A stretch of 64,000 bases of DNA. Source: Candidatus Latescibacterota bacterium (GTDB lineage: Bacteria; Latescibacterota; UBA2968; SICM01). Below the pieces are notes generated by a model. That model made no database searches. It had not been told where the DNA came from and worked only from the letters and a program-made list of their open reading frames with translations. Position numbers and translations under genes: made by a program. Numbering within the stretch: position 1 is the stretch's first letter; every line of letters begins with the position of its first letter. The stretch covers positions 5,600,001 through 5,664,000 of the forward strand of contig CBDCJO010000002.1 of NCBI GenBank assembly GCA_965217865.1, read 5' to 3'. Shown here piece after piece: positions 10,242 through 21,454 of the stretch.

Positions 10242-11611
10242 CAGTTGGTTGCCACCTCCCGCTCCATCTTACCCTTGAACGTGCGGATACCTTCGAAAAT
10301 CGCTTTTGCGATCTGCCGCAGAAACGGATCCCGTCGAAGGAGACGCTCCTCCTGGGGGTTTGAGATAAAAGCCATCTCTACGAGCACGCTCGGCATTCGG
10401 GCTTGAGTGCCCTTCATCACATAGAATCCGGCTTGCTTCACCCCCCGGCTCTTCAACCTCCCACCCGCTCCAATCACGGCGCTTCTTATCTCAGCGGCCA
10501 GGTTTTGACTCTCTTTGAGATACTGATCCGAGGACATCCCTTCAAAGATCTGACGCAGGACTGAATCATCCGAGGTCAGATCCTTCCCCTCAAATGCCAG
10601 AGCCGCATTCTCACGTCGGGCTACTTCCCTCGCCTCCTCCGTCTGAGCCTCCGAAAGGAAGTAGATTTCAGTCCCTCGAACGATCCCCCTGGCGGTTGAA
10701 TTGCAGTGGAGACTGATAAACATGCGGCCATCGTTTTCAAGGGCAATCCTTGCCCTTTCATCCAGTGGAACAAACTCGTCCGTAGATCGCGTCAGAACCG
10801 CCCGAAGGTGGAGCCGACGCTCGATAAGCTTCTTGAGGTGATGGGCAACAATCAGAGCGACCTTCTTCTCCTGGAGCCCAGTCGGACCCGTGGCACCCAC
10901 ATCCTTACCCCCGTGTCCGGGGTCGATGATGACGGTGTGAATGATCCACGGTTCGCGACCGTCGGCCATCTCCGATTCCACCCCTTTCCTGGGTTTAGGG
11001 GGCCCGGTTTTCCCCTTTGTCGAACGCTGCTCCCCCCTGCTAACTTGCCGGCCCTCCTCTCTGACCTCCGGTCGATCCGTCTTATCGACGGGTTCCTTTT
11101 CGTTTTTAACCCTTCCTGAGTCCCTGGCTTTTTCGCGCCCCCTCCCGGCCTGGACGACTTTATCCGCTCCCTTCGGCTTTCCTTCCGAATCCCGCTTGCC
11201 CATCCACCCCGGCACATCGACTCGAATCTCACACCCGCAAAGCGGTTTGACGATCGGAAGAAACCACTTCACGGGAACGAAAACCGATCCCTCGAACCAC
11301 CTCGGTGCGACGGGCATACGGACGGAGGACCGACCCACTGCGATCACAGCCGCACCGGGTGTGACCACGATACGTTCCTCCGACAATTGCAATATCAGCT
11401 TCTGAGACCCCGGCAGCCACGCAATCGTCGCACCGATAACGCGGGCAAGGGAAAGGAGGGAAACAAATGGCTTGCCTTCCACCCATACGGCGTTAAGCGT
11501 TCTTCCTCCAGACCCTTCTCCGCGGGCGACTCCCGGAAATACGAGACAGAAGGCGACCAAAAGGATCGCTGAGATCATCTCCGTGGGTAATTTTTTCCTT
11601 GGCACCTTCAT
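10241..11611 (-). CDS. N-acetylmuramoyl-L-alanine amidase (Amidase_3, AmiC-like)
   Basis: Signal peptide; IDPGHGGKD, LQEK, ISLHCN, LVEMAFISNPQE. Confidence 0.92.
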   Translation of the reverse strand: MKVPRKKLPTEMISAILLVAFCLVFPGVARGEGSGGRTLNAVWVEGKPFVSLLSLARVIGATIAWLPGSQKLILQLSEERIVVTPGAAVIAVGRSSVRMPVAPRWFEGSVFVPVKWFLPIVKPLCGCEIRVDVPGWMGKRDSEGKPKGADKVVQAGRGREKARDSGRVKNEKEPVDKTDRPEVREEGRQVSRGEQRSTKGKTGPPKPRKGVESEMADGREPWIIHTVIIDPGHGGKDVGATGPTGLQEKKVALIVAHHLKKLIERRLHLRAVLTRSTDEFVPLDERARIALENDGRMFISLHCNSTARGIVRGTEIYFLSEAQTEEAREVARRENAALAFEGKDLTSDDSVLRQIFEGMSSDQYLKESQNLAAEIRSAVIGAGGRLKSRGVKQAGFYVMKGTQARMPSVLVEMAFISNPQEERLLRRDPFLRQIAKAIFEGIRTFKGKMEREVATN

Positions 11612-11617
11612 GGATAT

Positions 11618-12082
11618 CTAAATCTTTCCCCTGGCCCTCAACGCCGCTTTGACTTCCCTTTCAGCCTCCCGGCGGGCGAGCTCCTCTCGACGATCGTGAT
11701 GCTTTTTTCCTCTTGCAAGGGCCAGCTCCACCTTGGCCTTTCCACTTCGGAAATATAGCTTCAGGGGAACCAGCGTTAAACCCCGACCATCCACCCGCCC
11801 GATCAAACGGTCGATCTCCCTACGATGCATCAGCAGCTTCCGCCGCCTGGTCGGGTCATGGTTGAAGCGATTCCCCGCTTCGTATTCCTCGATGTGGGCG
11901 TTAATCAGGTACGCCTCACCACCATCAACCCTCGCGTAGCTCTCCTGCAGGCTTGCCCGACCCCTCCTGAGTGACTTGACCTCCGTCCCCCGCAACACCA
12001 GCCCGGCTTCAAATTGCTCCACGATGTGGTAATTGTGCCTTGCCCGACGATTCTGGGCGATAATTTTGATAGAATCTTCCAT
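11618..12082 (-). CDS. smpB: SsrA-binding protein
   Basis: [44 protein letters not shown]. Confidence 0.97.
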   Translation of the reverse strand: MEDSIKIIAQNRRARHNYHIVEQFEAGLVLRGTEVKSLRRGRASLQESYARVDGGEAYLINAHIEEYEAGNRFNHDPTRRRKLLMHRREIDRLIGRVDGRGLTLVPLKLYFRSGKAKVELALARGKKHHDRREELARREAEREVKAALRARGKI

Positions 12083-12192
12083 AAGTATACAATAAACAAA
12101 TTATTAAACATCAATAATCCGGGATGAACCTAAACGCACGCCAAAAACCCTTTCAGAATATAGAGGATTGACCCCGCAAAGTCAATTTAGTC

Positions 12193-12221
12193 TTGCGACC
12201 AACAGGCCACTATGGTATATT
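12193..12221 (+). promoter_or_regulatory. Sigma70-type promoter of groEL
   Basis: TTGCGA-N17-TATATT with TGn extension, immediately upstream of CIRCE. Confidence 0.65.
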
Positions 12222-12233
12222 TAATCCTTCGGA

Positions 12234-12260
12234 TTAGCACTCTATCCCGGAGAGTGCTAA
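12234..12260 (+). promoter_or_regulatory. CIRCE element (HrcA operator)
   Basis: Perfect TTAGCACTC-N9-GAGTGCTAA upstream of groEL. Confidence 0.97.
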
Positions 12261-12284
12261 TAATTCTGCATTTCATTCGATTAA

Positions 12285-13967
<1,683 letters not shown>

Positions 13968-14003
13968 GCTCCGAAGCGGGAAACCCCTCAAATCCTAACG
14001 ATC

Positions 14004-14037
14004 AGGCCCCCATCGACGAAGTTGGTGGGGGCCTGTT
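14004..14037 (+). terminator. Stem-loop after groEL
   Basis: CAGGCCCCCATC...GGTGGGGGCCTG inverted repeat. Confidence 0.65.
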
Positions 14038-14108
14038 GCGTCTTCCTCCCGCTCAAAATCCCCGGTTTCCGTTCAAGGCCGATTCAAGACGCAAGCACAA
14101 AACGGCGC

Positions 14109-14138
14109 TTGACATCTTTTCCCGAGAATGCCTATATT
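14109..14138 (+). promoter_or_regulatory. Sigma70-type promoter of the fol/pan operon
   Basis: TTGACA-N18-TATATT ending 9 nt before the folB ATG. Confidence 0.55.
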
Positions 14139-14147
14139 GGACCGCAT

Positions 14148-14522
14148 ATGGGAGTTTCCCGATGCGTCGACATCCTGCGCCTTAAGAAAATGACCTTCCA
14201 CGGGTATCACGGCCTTTTTCCCGAGGAACGAAAACTGGGCCAGAAATATGAAATCGATGTCGAGATACGTGCGGACAACCTCACGCCCTCGGGCGAGCAG
14301 CCTGTCTTCGACTACACGCAGATCTACGACCATATCGAAGCCATCGTCACCAAGGAATCCTACAGATTAATCGAATCCCTGGCCGATCGGATCGCTACCT
14401 CCCTTGTCGAAACCTTTCGGATTCCCGAAATTTTCTTGCGCGTTTTCAAACCCGCCCCCCCTTTTCGAGGGCACTTTGATGGTGTTGAGGTCGAAATGGT
14501 CCGCAAGGACATCCGACGATGA
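14148..14522 (+). CDS. folB: Dihydroneopterin aldolase
   Basis: FHGYHG.FPEER.LGQ, DY, LIESLA, KP.PP; overlaps the folK start (ATGA). Confidence 0.9.
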   Translation: MGVSRCVDILRLKKMTFHGYHGLFPEERKLGQKYEIDVEIRADNLTPSGEQPVFDYTQIYDHIEAIVTKESYRLIESLADRIATSLVETFRIPEIFLRVFKPAPPFRGHFDGVEVEMVRKDIRR

Positions 14523-15043
14523 ACACGGCCTACATCGGCCTGGGATCGAACCTCGGAAATAGAAAACGGATGTTGGAGGAGGCGCTCCGCCTTCTCGATG
14601 GCCGTCCGGACATCTGCGTGACCGACGTCTCACCCGTCTATGAAACTGACCCGATCGGGATCCTCGACCAACCCCGCTTCCTGAATGCCGCCGCGAGGCT
14701 TTCAACCCCCTTTAGCCCTCAAGATCTCCTGGATTCTCTGCTGGGGGTCGAACTTCAAATGGGCCGAAAAAGGGAACGAAAGTGGGGCCCCCGCACCATC
14801 GATCTTGACCTGCTCCTCTACGAAAGCGCCATTATCCGCCAGAAGGACCTTATCGTTCCGCATCCTTTCCTTGTGGAGAGACCATTCGTCCTGGCCCCCC
14901 TGTGCGACCTGGATGATAAGATAGTCCACCCGATCCTGATGCGGACCCTTCGCGAACTCCTGGGAGATCTTACCCGCCAACCCCTCATCCCCGTGGATGG
15001 GCTGAGATGGAAAAGGGAAAAAAACACAGACGGCAAACAATAG
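14519..15043 (+). CDS. folK: 2-amino-4-hydroxy-6-hydroxymethyldihydropteridine pyrophosphokinase
   Basis: YIGLGSNLG, FLNA, WGPRTIDLDLL, VPHP, RPFVLAPL. Confidence 0.96.
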   Translation: MNTAYIGLGSNLGNRKRMLEEALRLLDGRPDICVTDVSPVYETDPIGILDQPRFLNAAARLSTPFSPQDLLDSLLGVELQMGRKRERKWGPRTIDLDLLLYESAIIRQKDLIVPHPFLVERPFVLAPLCDLDDKIVHPILMRTLRELLGDLTRQPLIPVDGLRWKREKNTDGKQ

Positions 15044-15142
15044 GAAAGGGACGGGGGGAAGAAAAAGAAGGTCCTGTTGCAAGTTGCACATTGCAGGGAA
15101 AAAATGGCTGTTTTCTGCTCCTGATCCTTCCCGTGTCACAAT

Positions 15143-15793
15143 ATGGCTCAACCTAAATACATTGCTGTCGAAGGGGTCATCGGGGCTGGAAAGACCTCGC
15201 TTGCGAGAGTACTTGGTGAAAGGTTGGACGCCAGCCTTATCCTGGAAGAGGCGGAGGAAAACCCGTTCCTCCCCCTCTTCTATGAAGATCCCGCTCACTA
15301 TGCTTTTCAAACCCAGGTATTTTTTCTTCTGAGCCGGTTCCGACAGCAGGAGTCCCTGGTCCAGACAGACTTGTTTCTTTCCACCGTAATCATCGATTAT
15401 CTCTTCGCCAAAGACAGCATCTTCGCCCACCTGACCCTTAACGACGATGAGATCGCCCTCTACAACGCGATTGCACGCCAGCTGGTCCACCGGGTGACCC
15501 GTCCGGATCTTGTGATCTATCTGCAGAACCACACGGACAGGTTGATGCAGCATATCAGGTCTCGGGGGAGGGCTTATGAAAGGGACATCGAACACGATTA
15601 CATCCAGAAGTTAAACGAGGCGTACAACCAATTTTTCTTCCACTATACCGAGGCCCCCCTTCTCGTCATCAACGCATCCGAGATCGACTTTGTGAGAAAC
15701 CAGTCGGATCTGGACGAACTTCTCCACGCCATCGAAAACCCGCCTGTGGGCACGAGGTATCTTCACCCGGTCAGTCCTGAAGACCGGACTTAA
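15143..15793 (+). CDS. Deoxynucleoside kinase
   Basis: IAVEGVIGAGKT, NPFLPLFY, PDLVIYL, RGRAYE; typical folK-dNK-panB context. Confidence 0.92.
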   Translation: MAQPKYIAVEGVIGAGKTSLARVLGERLDASLILEEAEENPFLPLFYEDPAHYAFQTQVFFLLSRFRQQESLVQTDLFLSTVIIDYLFAKDSIFAHLTLNDDEIALYNAIARQLVHRVTRPDLVIYLQNHTDRLMQHIRSRGRAYERDIEHDYIQKLNEAYNQFFFHYTEAPLLVINASEIDFVRNQSDLDELLHAIENPPVGTRYLHPVSPEDRT

Positions 15794-15817
15794 ATCCCGA
15801 TCCCGGGGATATCGAAC

Positions 15818-16714
15818 ATGCTGAACACCAAAGCCGTTGGAAAGAAAAATAACAGCGGATTTTTGATCGCGAAGAAAAAGGCCAACAAAAAAATTACAAT
15901 CTTGACCTGTTACGACTATCCGACGGCCGTCCTGGAAGACAAGGCCGGAATCGATATCGTCTTTGTCGGCGACAGCGTGGGGACGAATGTCCTGGGTTAT
16001 GAAAGCGAAACCGACGTAACCCTTGAGGATATGATCCACCATCTCAAAGCGGTCCAGAGGGGGGTGACCCATGCCTATCTCCTGGTCGACATGCCTTACG
16101 GGACCCACGATACCCCCGATGACGCATTGAAGAACGCAAATACCTTGATTTCCCACGGAGCGAACGGGGTCAAGTTGGAAGGGGGCCAAGAAAAGGAAGC
16201 GGTTGTCCAGCATCTGGCGGAGAGTGGCATTGAGGTCTGTTGCCATCTCGGCCTCAACCCTCAAATCCACGGAACCAGGAGGCGGGTACAGGGAAAAACC
16301 TTTCACGCCGCTAAAACCTTAATTCAAAGCGCCCTGGCCTTACAGGATGCCGGGGCGAGGATGATCGTTTTTGAACTGATCCCAGAAGAACTTGGGAGGC
16401 TTTTAACTCAAAAATTGAGAATCCCAACGATCGGGATCGGGGCGGGCAGATACTGCGACGGCCAGGTCCTCATCATTAACGATCTCCTTGGAATTACCCC
16501 ATTCGATCTGATACACGCAAAGAAGTATCAGAACTATCAGGAGAAGACCTTTCAAGCGATCTCCAATTATAAAGGGGATGTGGAAAATCATCGTTTTCCG
16601 GTAGAAGCCAACGTGATAAAGATGGACCAAGTCGAATTAACAAAATTGGAGGAATGGGGCCAAAATACACCGGATATTCACGAACGGGAACCAGGGCATC
16701 CCCATAAAGCATAA
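15818..16714 (+). CDS. panB: 3-methyl-2-oxobutanoate hydroxymethyltransferase
   Basis: LTCYD, VGDSVG, VDMPYG, VKLEGG, HLGLNPQ, PTIGIGAG, DGQVL. Confidence 0.95.
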   Translation: MLNTKAVGKKNNSGFLIAKKKANKKITILTCYDYPTAVLEDKAGIDIVFVGDSVGTNVLGYESETDVTLEDMIHHLKAVQRGVTHAYLLVDMPYGTHDTPDDALKNANTLISHGANGVKLEGGQEKEAVVQHLAESGIEVCCHLGLNPQIHGTRRRVQGKTFHAAKTLIQSALALQDAGARMIVFELIPEELGRLLTQKLRIPTIGIGAGRYCDGQVLIINDLLGITPFDLIHAKKYQNYQEKTFQAISNYKGDVENHRFPVEANVIKMDQVELTKLEEWGQNTPDIHEREPGHPHKA

Positions 16715-16746
16715 AATTATATAAATGCTTTAACACCCTGTGCCGC

Positions 16747-17592
16747 ATGAGATTGATCAGTTCTATCTCCGACATGCAAGACGCCGCGGACTGCCACCGT
16801 TCCGAGGGTCGCGTCATCGGCCTCGTCCCCACGATGGGCTTTCTCCACGAGGGGCACACGAGCCTGATTCGGTTGGCCAAAGATCGCTCTGATCTCGCAG
16901 TCGTAAGCCTTTTCGTTAATCCACTCCAATTCGGACCGAATGAGGACTACCAGACCTATCCTCGAAACCTCGAAGTGGACCTCAGGCTTATTGAAGAAAC
17001 AGGTGGGGAGATCGTCTTCATCCCTCCGACCGACGAGATGTACCCCGATGATTTTTCGACTCACGTCCACGTCGAAGGGTTGGCGGATAACCTTTGTGGG
17101 GCATCAAGGCCCGGTCATTTTCGAGGTGTGACCACAGTGGTCACAAAGCTCCTGGCGATTGTCAAGCCCCACCTTGCCGTCTTCGGCCAAAAAGACGCCC
17201 AACAGGCCCTTATCATCCGCCGGATGGTAAGGGATTTAAATTTCGATACCGAGATCCTCATTGGGCCAACGATACGCGAACCTGATGGATTGGCGATAAG
17301 TTCCCGAAACGTATACCTCGATCCGGAGCAGAGGCAGGAAGCAGCGTTGCTCTACCGCGCCCTCCAGGTTGCGCATGATCTCATCCAAGCCGGCGAAAGA
17401 GACGCGGAAAAAATCGTTCAAGGCATTCGAAATCTCATCTCCGAGAGTCCCAGCGCACGGATAGACTACGTCTCGATCGTGGATACGGATCGGCTGAAAC
17501 CACGAGATCGAATTTCAGGCGAAGTACTCATTGCCGTCGCGGTCCGTTTCGGACGCGGTAGGTTGATCGACAACATCATCATGAAGACCTAA
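16747..17592 (+). CDS. panC: Pantoate--beta-alanine ligase
   Basis: PTMGFLHEGH, FVNPLQF, RPGHFRGV, FGQKDAQQ, SSRN, RLIDN. Confidence 0.97.
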   Translation: MRLISSISDMQDAADCHRSEGRVIGLVPTMGFLHEGHTSLIRLAKDRSDLAVVSLFVNPLQFGPNEDYQTYPRNLEVDLRLIEETGGEIVFIPPTDEMYPDDFSTHVHVEGLADNLCGASRPGHFRGVTTVVTKLLAIVKPHLAVFGQKDAQQALIIRRMVRDLNFDTEILIGPTIREPDGLAISSRNVYLDPEQRQEAALLYRALQVAHDLIQAGERDAEKIVQGIRNLISESPSARIDYVSIVDTDRLKPRDRISGEVLIAVAVRFGRGRLIDNIIMKT

Positions 17593-17746
17593 AGACTCAA
17601 AATGGAGTGTATTTACATATACCTTGCCACCCATGCGAAGTTTTGTTATCTTTATGTTCTACAATGCAGTAGATCGTCATTTATCGTTTATTACCCGTGG
17701 CTTATCCCCTTATTCCCTATAAGTCTTTCTTGAAAGGAGCGGCAAT

Positions 17747-18361
17747 ATGGCCCATTCACTCCCCGATCTCCCCTATCCTCACGATGCCTTGGAACCCCAT
17801 ATCGACTCCAGAACTATGGAGATCCATCACGGGAAACACCACAACACCTATGTGACGAACCTGAATAAAGCCCTTGCAGCCCACCCGGAACTTCAAGCCA
17901 AGAGCGTTGAGGACCTGATTTCAGACCTGAACAGCGTGCCCGAGGCGATCCGAACCGCCGTCAGGAACAACGGAGGCGGTCACGCAAACCACAGCATGTT
18001 CTGGCCGAGTATGAAAAAAGGCGGTGGAGGGAAACCTTCCGGTGACCTGGCTGCCGCCATCGATAAAGCTCTGGGGAGCTTTTCCGCCTTCAAAGAGCAA
18101 TTTTCAAACGCGGCTACAACTCGCTTCGGAAGCGGTTGGGCGTGGCTCTCCATGGATTCGGGGGGGTCCCTTGTTGTGGAATCAACGCCGAATCAGGATA
18201 ACCCTTTGACGGAGGGCCGGGTGCCCATCCTCGGCCTGGACGTCTGGGAGCACGCCTATTACCTGAACTATCAAAATCGCCGTCCTGACTACATCGCCGC
18301 GTTTTGGAATGTGGTCAACTGGGATGCGGTCGCGGATCGGTACAACAAAGCCCGTGGTTAA
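17747..18361 (+). CDS. sodA: Superoxide dismutase, Mn-type signature
   Basis: [15 protein letters not shown] (Mn-type), [19 protein letters not shown]. Confidence 0.93.
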   Translation: MAHSLPDLPYPHDALEPHIDSRTMEIHHGKHHNTYVTNLNKALAAHPELQAKSVEDLISDLNSVPEAIRTAVRNNGGGHANHSMFWPSMKKGGGGKPSGDLAAAIDKALGSFSAFKEQFSNAATTRFGSGWAWLSMDSGGSLVVESTPNQDNPLTEGRVPILGLDVWEHAYYLNYQNRRPDYIAAFWNVVNWDAVADRYNKARG

Positions 18362-18394
18362 AATCAGGCCTAATCCACCAGGGAGATTGACTCG

Positions 18395-18874
18395 ATGAGC
18401 GTTCTTGTGGGGAACAAGGCCCCCGATTTTACCCTGAAGAACAAGAACGATGAGGGGATAATAGACGTAAGCCTCTCGTCATTTCAAGGAGAGCAGAACG
18501 TTGTCCTCCTCTTTTTTCCGCTTGCCTACACAGGCGTCTGTACAGAAGAGATGTGTAAGGTGAGGGATGGGATCGGGGACTATCAAAATCTCAATGCTCA
18601 GGTCCTGGGCATCAGCGTGGATAGCCCCTTCGCACAGGAGGCCTGGGCGAAGGCGGAGAATCTGAATTTTCCCCTGCTGAGCGATTTTAACAAGGAGGTC
18701 TGCTCGGCCTACGGATCCCAATATGAAGATCTGCTCGGGTTCAAGGGGGTTGCGAAAAGATCCGCATTTGTCATCGACAAAGAGGGGGTCGTTCATTATG
18801 CATCCATATCCGACGATGCCAAGAAAATCCCCGACTTCAACGCCATTAAGGCGTGTTTGGAATCCCTGAGCTGA
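18395..18874 (+). CDS. Peroxiredoxin (AhpE/BCP-like)
   Basis: FFPLAYTGVCTEEMC (PxxxTxxC), ISVDS, LLSDF, KRSAFVID. Confidence 0.9.
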   Translation: MSVLVGNKAPDFTLKNKNDEGIIDVSLSSFQGEQNVVLLFFPLAYTGVCTEEMCKVRDGIGDYQNLNAQVLGISVDSPFAQEAWAKAENLNFPLLSDFNKEVCSAYGSQYEDLLGFKGVAKRSAFVIDKEGVVHYASISDDAKKIPDFNAIKACLESLS

Positions 18875-18929
18875 ACACGAGCTCCGATTTTCTTCTCCCC
18901 AGTGAAAGTTCAGGAGGTTACTTAATAGG

Positions 18930-19253
18930 ATGATCAACGTTACCGAAACCGCTGCTCAAAAAATCAAGTCCCTTCTGAATGAGCAGGGAAAATCCGGTTA
19001 CGGTCTCCGAATGAAGGTAGTTGGAGGGGGCTGTTCTGGGCTCTCTTATAAGCTCGATTTCGACAAAGATCCTACAAACCAGGATACCGTCATCGAAGAG
19101 CACGGTGTGAAGGTCTTTGTGGACATGAAGAGCGCCCTCTATCTCGCCGGCACCGAATTGGACTATAAGGACCAGCTGATGGACGCGGGGTTCAAAATCA
19201 ACAACCCCAACGCCAAGTCCACCTGCGGCTGCGGTGAATCCTTTAGCGCCTGA
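18930..19253 (+). CDS. iscA: A-type Fe-S carrier (IscA/HesB family)
   Basis: GGGCSGLSY and TCGCGESF. Confidence 0.88.
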   Translation: MINVTETAAQKIKSLLNEQGKSGYGLRMKVVGGGCSGLSYKLDFDKDPTNQDTVIEEHGVKVFVDMKSALYLAGTELDYKDQLMDAGFKINNPNAKSTCGCGESFSA

Positions 19254-19372
19254 GCGCCAGCCCGATAATTTTTCAGTGAGCGGTTGTCTCTTACCCGCTC
19301 ACTTCTATTGCACCGCCGGAATGCGCGGATTTTCCGGTCAGGACTGAGCTTCTTTCACCCTGTGAGGTTGCT

Positions 19373-19801
19373 ATGCGTCTCCGGGTCTTTACGGTCCCCG
19401 AGGCAAACAGGTTGATTCCGAGGTTGGAGAAGATTGTGTCAATGATCGAAGAGGCACAAGCCCGGCTCCACGATGCCAAAGAGCATTTCTCTGCGACCTC
19501 GGAAAAAAGCCCGACAGACCATCCGGAGCGCATCCGTCTTAGCCATAATGTGGAGATTGCCGAACACGAAATCCTCACTGCCCTTGATAAGATTATTGAA
19601 ATGGGTTGTTCCATGAAGGCCGGAGGGCTCGTCGATTTTTACACCGTAAAAGACGGTGTACTTTACGAACTCTGCTGGCAAAAAGGTGAGGAAGAGATCC
19701 GCTTCTACCACGAATACATGGCGGGCTTCATCGGCCGACGACCCATCATACCGGAGGATATCGCGGTGATGGGTGTCCCGAATGCTGTTCGAACGCTGTG
19801 A
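19373..19801 (+). CDS. DUF2203 family protein
   Basis: FTVPEANRLIP, GLVDF, LCWQKGEEEIRFYH, GFIGRRPI. Confidence 0.8.
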   Translation: MRLRVFTVPEANRLIPRLEKIVSMIEEAQARLHDAKEHFSATSEKSPTDHPERIRLSHNVEIAEHEILTALDKIIEMGCSMKAGGLVDFYTVKDGVLYELCWQKGEEEIRFYHEYMAGFIGRRPIIPEDIAVMGVPNAVRTL

Positions 19802-19851
19802 ATCTAAACGTGTGAGCGTTGAAGCCTTTAAACGCTCAAGGCGGATTATGT

Positions 19852-19890
19852 ACCGGTGCCCTTCGCATCCCGAAGTGTGCCGGTTTTTTT
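19852..19890 (+). terminator. Rho-independent terminator
   Basis: ACCGGTGC.CTTCG...CGAAG.GTGCCGG hairpin followed by T7. Confidence 0.65.
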
Positions 19891-19966
19891 ATACGGAAAA
19901 TTGTCATTGTCGGCCGGGCCTCAACTACCGGTCACTCTATCTCCCCAAAGGTTGTTCATCGCAACG

Positions 19967-21394
19967 ATGATTCGAGACGAATTCATAAAGGCCCTTTCGG
20001 AAATCGTCGGGCCGCAGGCAATCATATCCTCCCCGGATGAACTCCGGGTCTATGAATGCGATGCTTACACCATCGAGAAATCATCCCCTGTGGCAGTCGT
20101 ACTCCCGACCTCCACAGAAGAGGTTTCAAAAATTGTCCGCCTTTGCGACGCGCAGCATATCCCCTTTGTCCCCCGGGGAGCCGGCACCGGATTGAGCGGA
20201 GGTTGCCTCCCCCCAGAAGGCGGTCTTATGATCAGCCTCAGCAGGATGAACCACATCCTCGATGTGGATCTGGACAACCTATCGGCCCGAGTCGAGGCCG
20301 GTCTGGTCAATCTCTGGTTGACCAATGAGGTGGCTCATATGGGCTACCACTATGCACCTGACCCCTCAAGTCAGGGGGCGTGCACCATCGGGGGAAACGT
20401 TGCGGAGAACTCAGGGGGCCCGCATACCATGAAATATGGGGTGACGACCAATCACGTCCTGGGATTCCGTATGGTTCTTCCGGACGGAGAGGTGCTTGAT
20501 TTGGGAGGCCTCGCGCTCGATCACCCCGGTTACGACCTCCGGGGCGTGATCATCGGGTCTGAAGGAACGATGGGCATCGTTACGGAGGTCATCGTACGGC
20601 TCACCCACAATCCACAAACCACCCGTACCATGCTGGCGATCTTCGATTCAGTGGATGATGCCAGCCAGGCGGTATCCGACATCATCAAAAAGGGAATCGT
20701 CCCCGCGGCCCTCGAGATGATGGATAGGATGATCATCTCCGCTGTGGAGGACGCCTATCACTTCGGTTTTCCTGAAGGTGCGGAAGCGGCCCTTATCGTG
20801 GAACTGGACGGAATGGCCGCGGGCATCGACGGCTCCGTCGAACAGGTCATGGAGGTGTTTCAGAAAACCCGGGCTCGATCGGTCCGCCTCGCCCAGACCG
20901 AGGATGAGCGGAAACTCCTTTGGGCGAGCAGAAAAGGGGCTTTCGGGGCCATCGGTCGCCTGAGTCCCTCTTATGTCACGCAGGACGGTGTGGTTCCCCG
21001 AACCCGCCTACCGGAAGTCTTATCCCGGATATCGGAAATCGGCAATCGCCACGAAATCGCGATCGCCAATGTTTTTCACGCCGGAGACGGCAATCTTCAT
21101 CCCATCCTCCTTTTTGACGAACGGGACCAGGAGCAACTCGCTCGGGTCCTCAAAGCCAGTGAGGAGATTTTGAAACTGTGTGTGGAAGTCGGGGGTACCA
21201 TCACAGGAGAACACGGCATTGGCGTGGAGAAGATGAACATGATGCCACTCCTTTTTTCCCGGGAAGACCTCGCGATCATGAAAAAGGTCCGTGACGTCTT
21301 CAATCCAAACGGTCTTTGCAACCCGGGGAAAATCTTCCCCACATCAAAATCGTGCGTTGAGTTGCAGGGTACTCGTAGGGCGGCTGCATGTTAG
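19967..21394 (+). CDS. FAD-linked oxidase, glycolate oxidase GlcD-like subunit
   Basis: PRGAGTGLSGG, PDPSSQ.ACTIGGNVAENSGG, GSEGTMG, FHAGDGNLHP, GEHGIG.EK, NPGK. Confidence 0.9.
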   Translation: MIRDEFIKALSEIVGPQAIISSPDELRVYECDAYTIEKSSPVAVVLPTSTEEVSKIVRLCDAQHIPFVPRGAGTGLSGGCLPPEGGLMISLSRMNHILDVDLDNLSARVEAGLVNLWLTNEVAHMGYHYAPDPSSQGACTIGGNVAENSGGPHTMKYGVTTNHVLGFRMVLPDGEVLDLGGLALDHPGYDLRGVIIGSEGTMGIVTEVIVRLTHNPQTTRTMLAIFDSVDDASQAVSDIIKKGIVPAALEMMDRMIISAVEDAYHFGFPEGAEAALIVELDGMAAGIDGSVEQVMEVFQKTRARSVRLAQTEDERKLLWASRKGAFGAIGRLSPSYVTQDGVVPRTRLPEVLSRISEIGNRHEIAIANVFHAGDGNLHPILLFDERDQEQLARVLKASEEILKLCVEVGGTITGEHGIGVEKMNMMPLLFSREDLAIMKKVRDVFNPNGLCNPGKIFPTSKSCVELQGTRRAAAC

Positions 21395-21454
21395 CCCCCC
21401 TGTGAATTTTTCCGAAATGCCATCCCTTAGGTCAAAAATTTTTCGGAGGAACCG

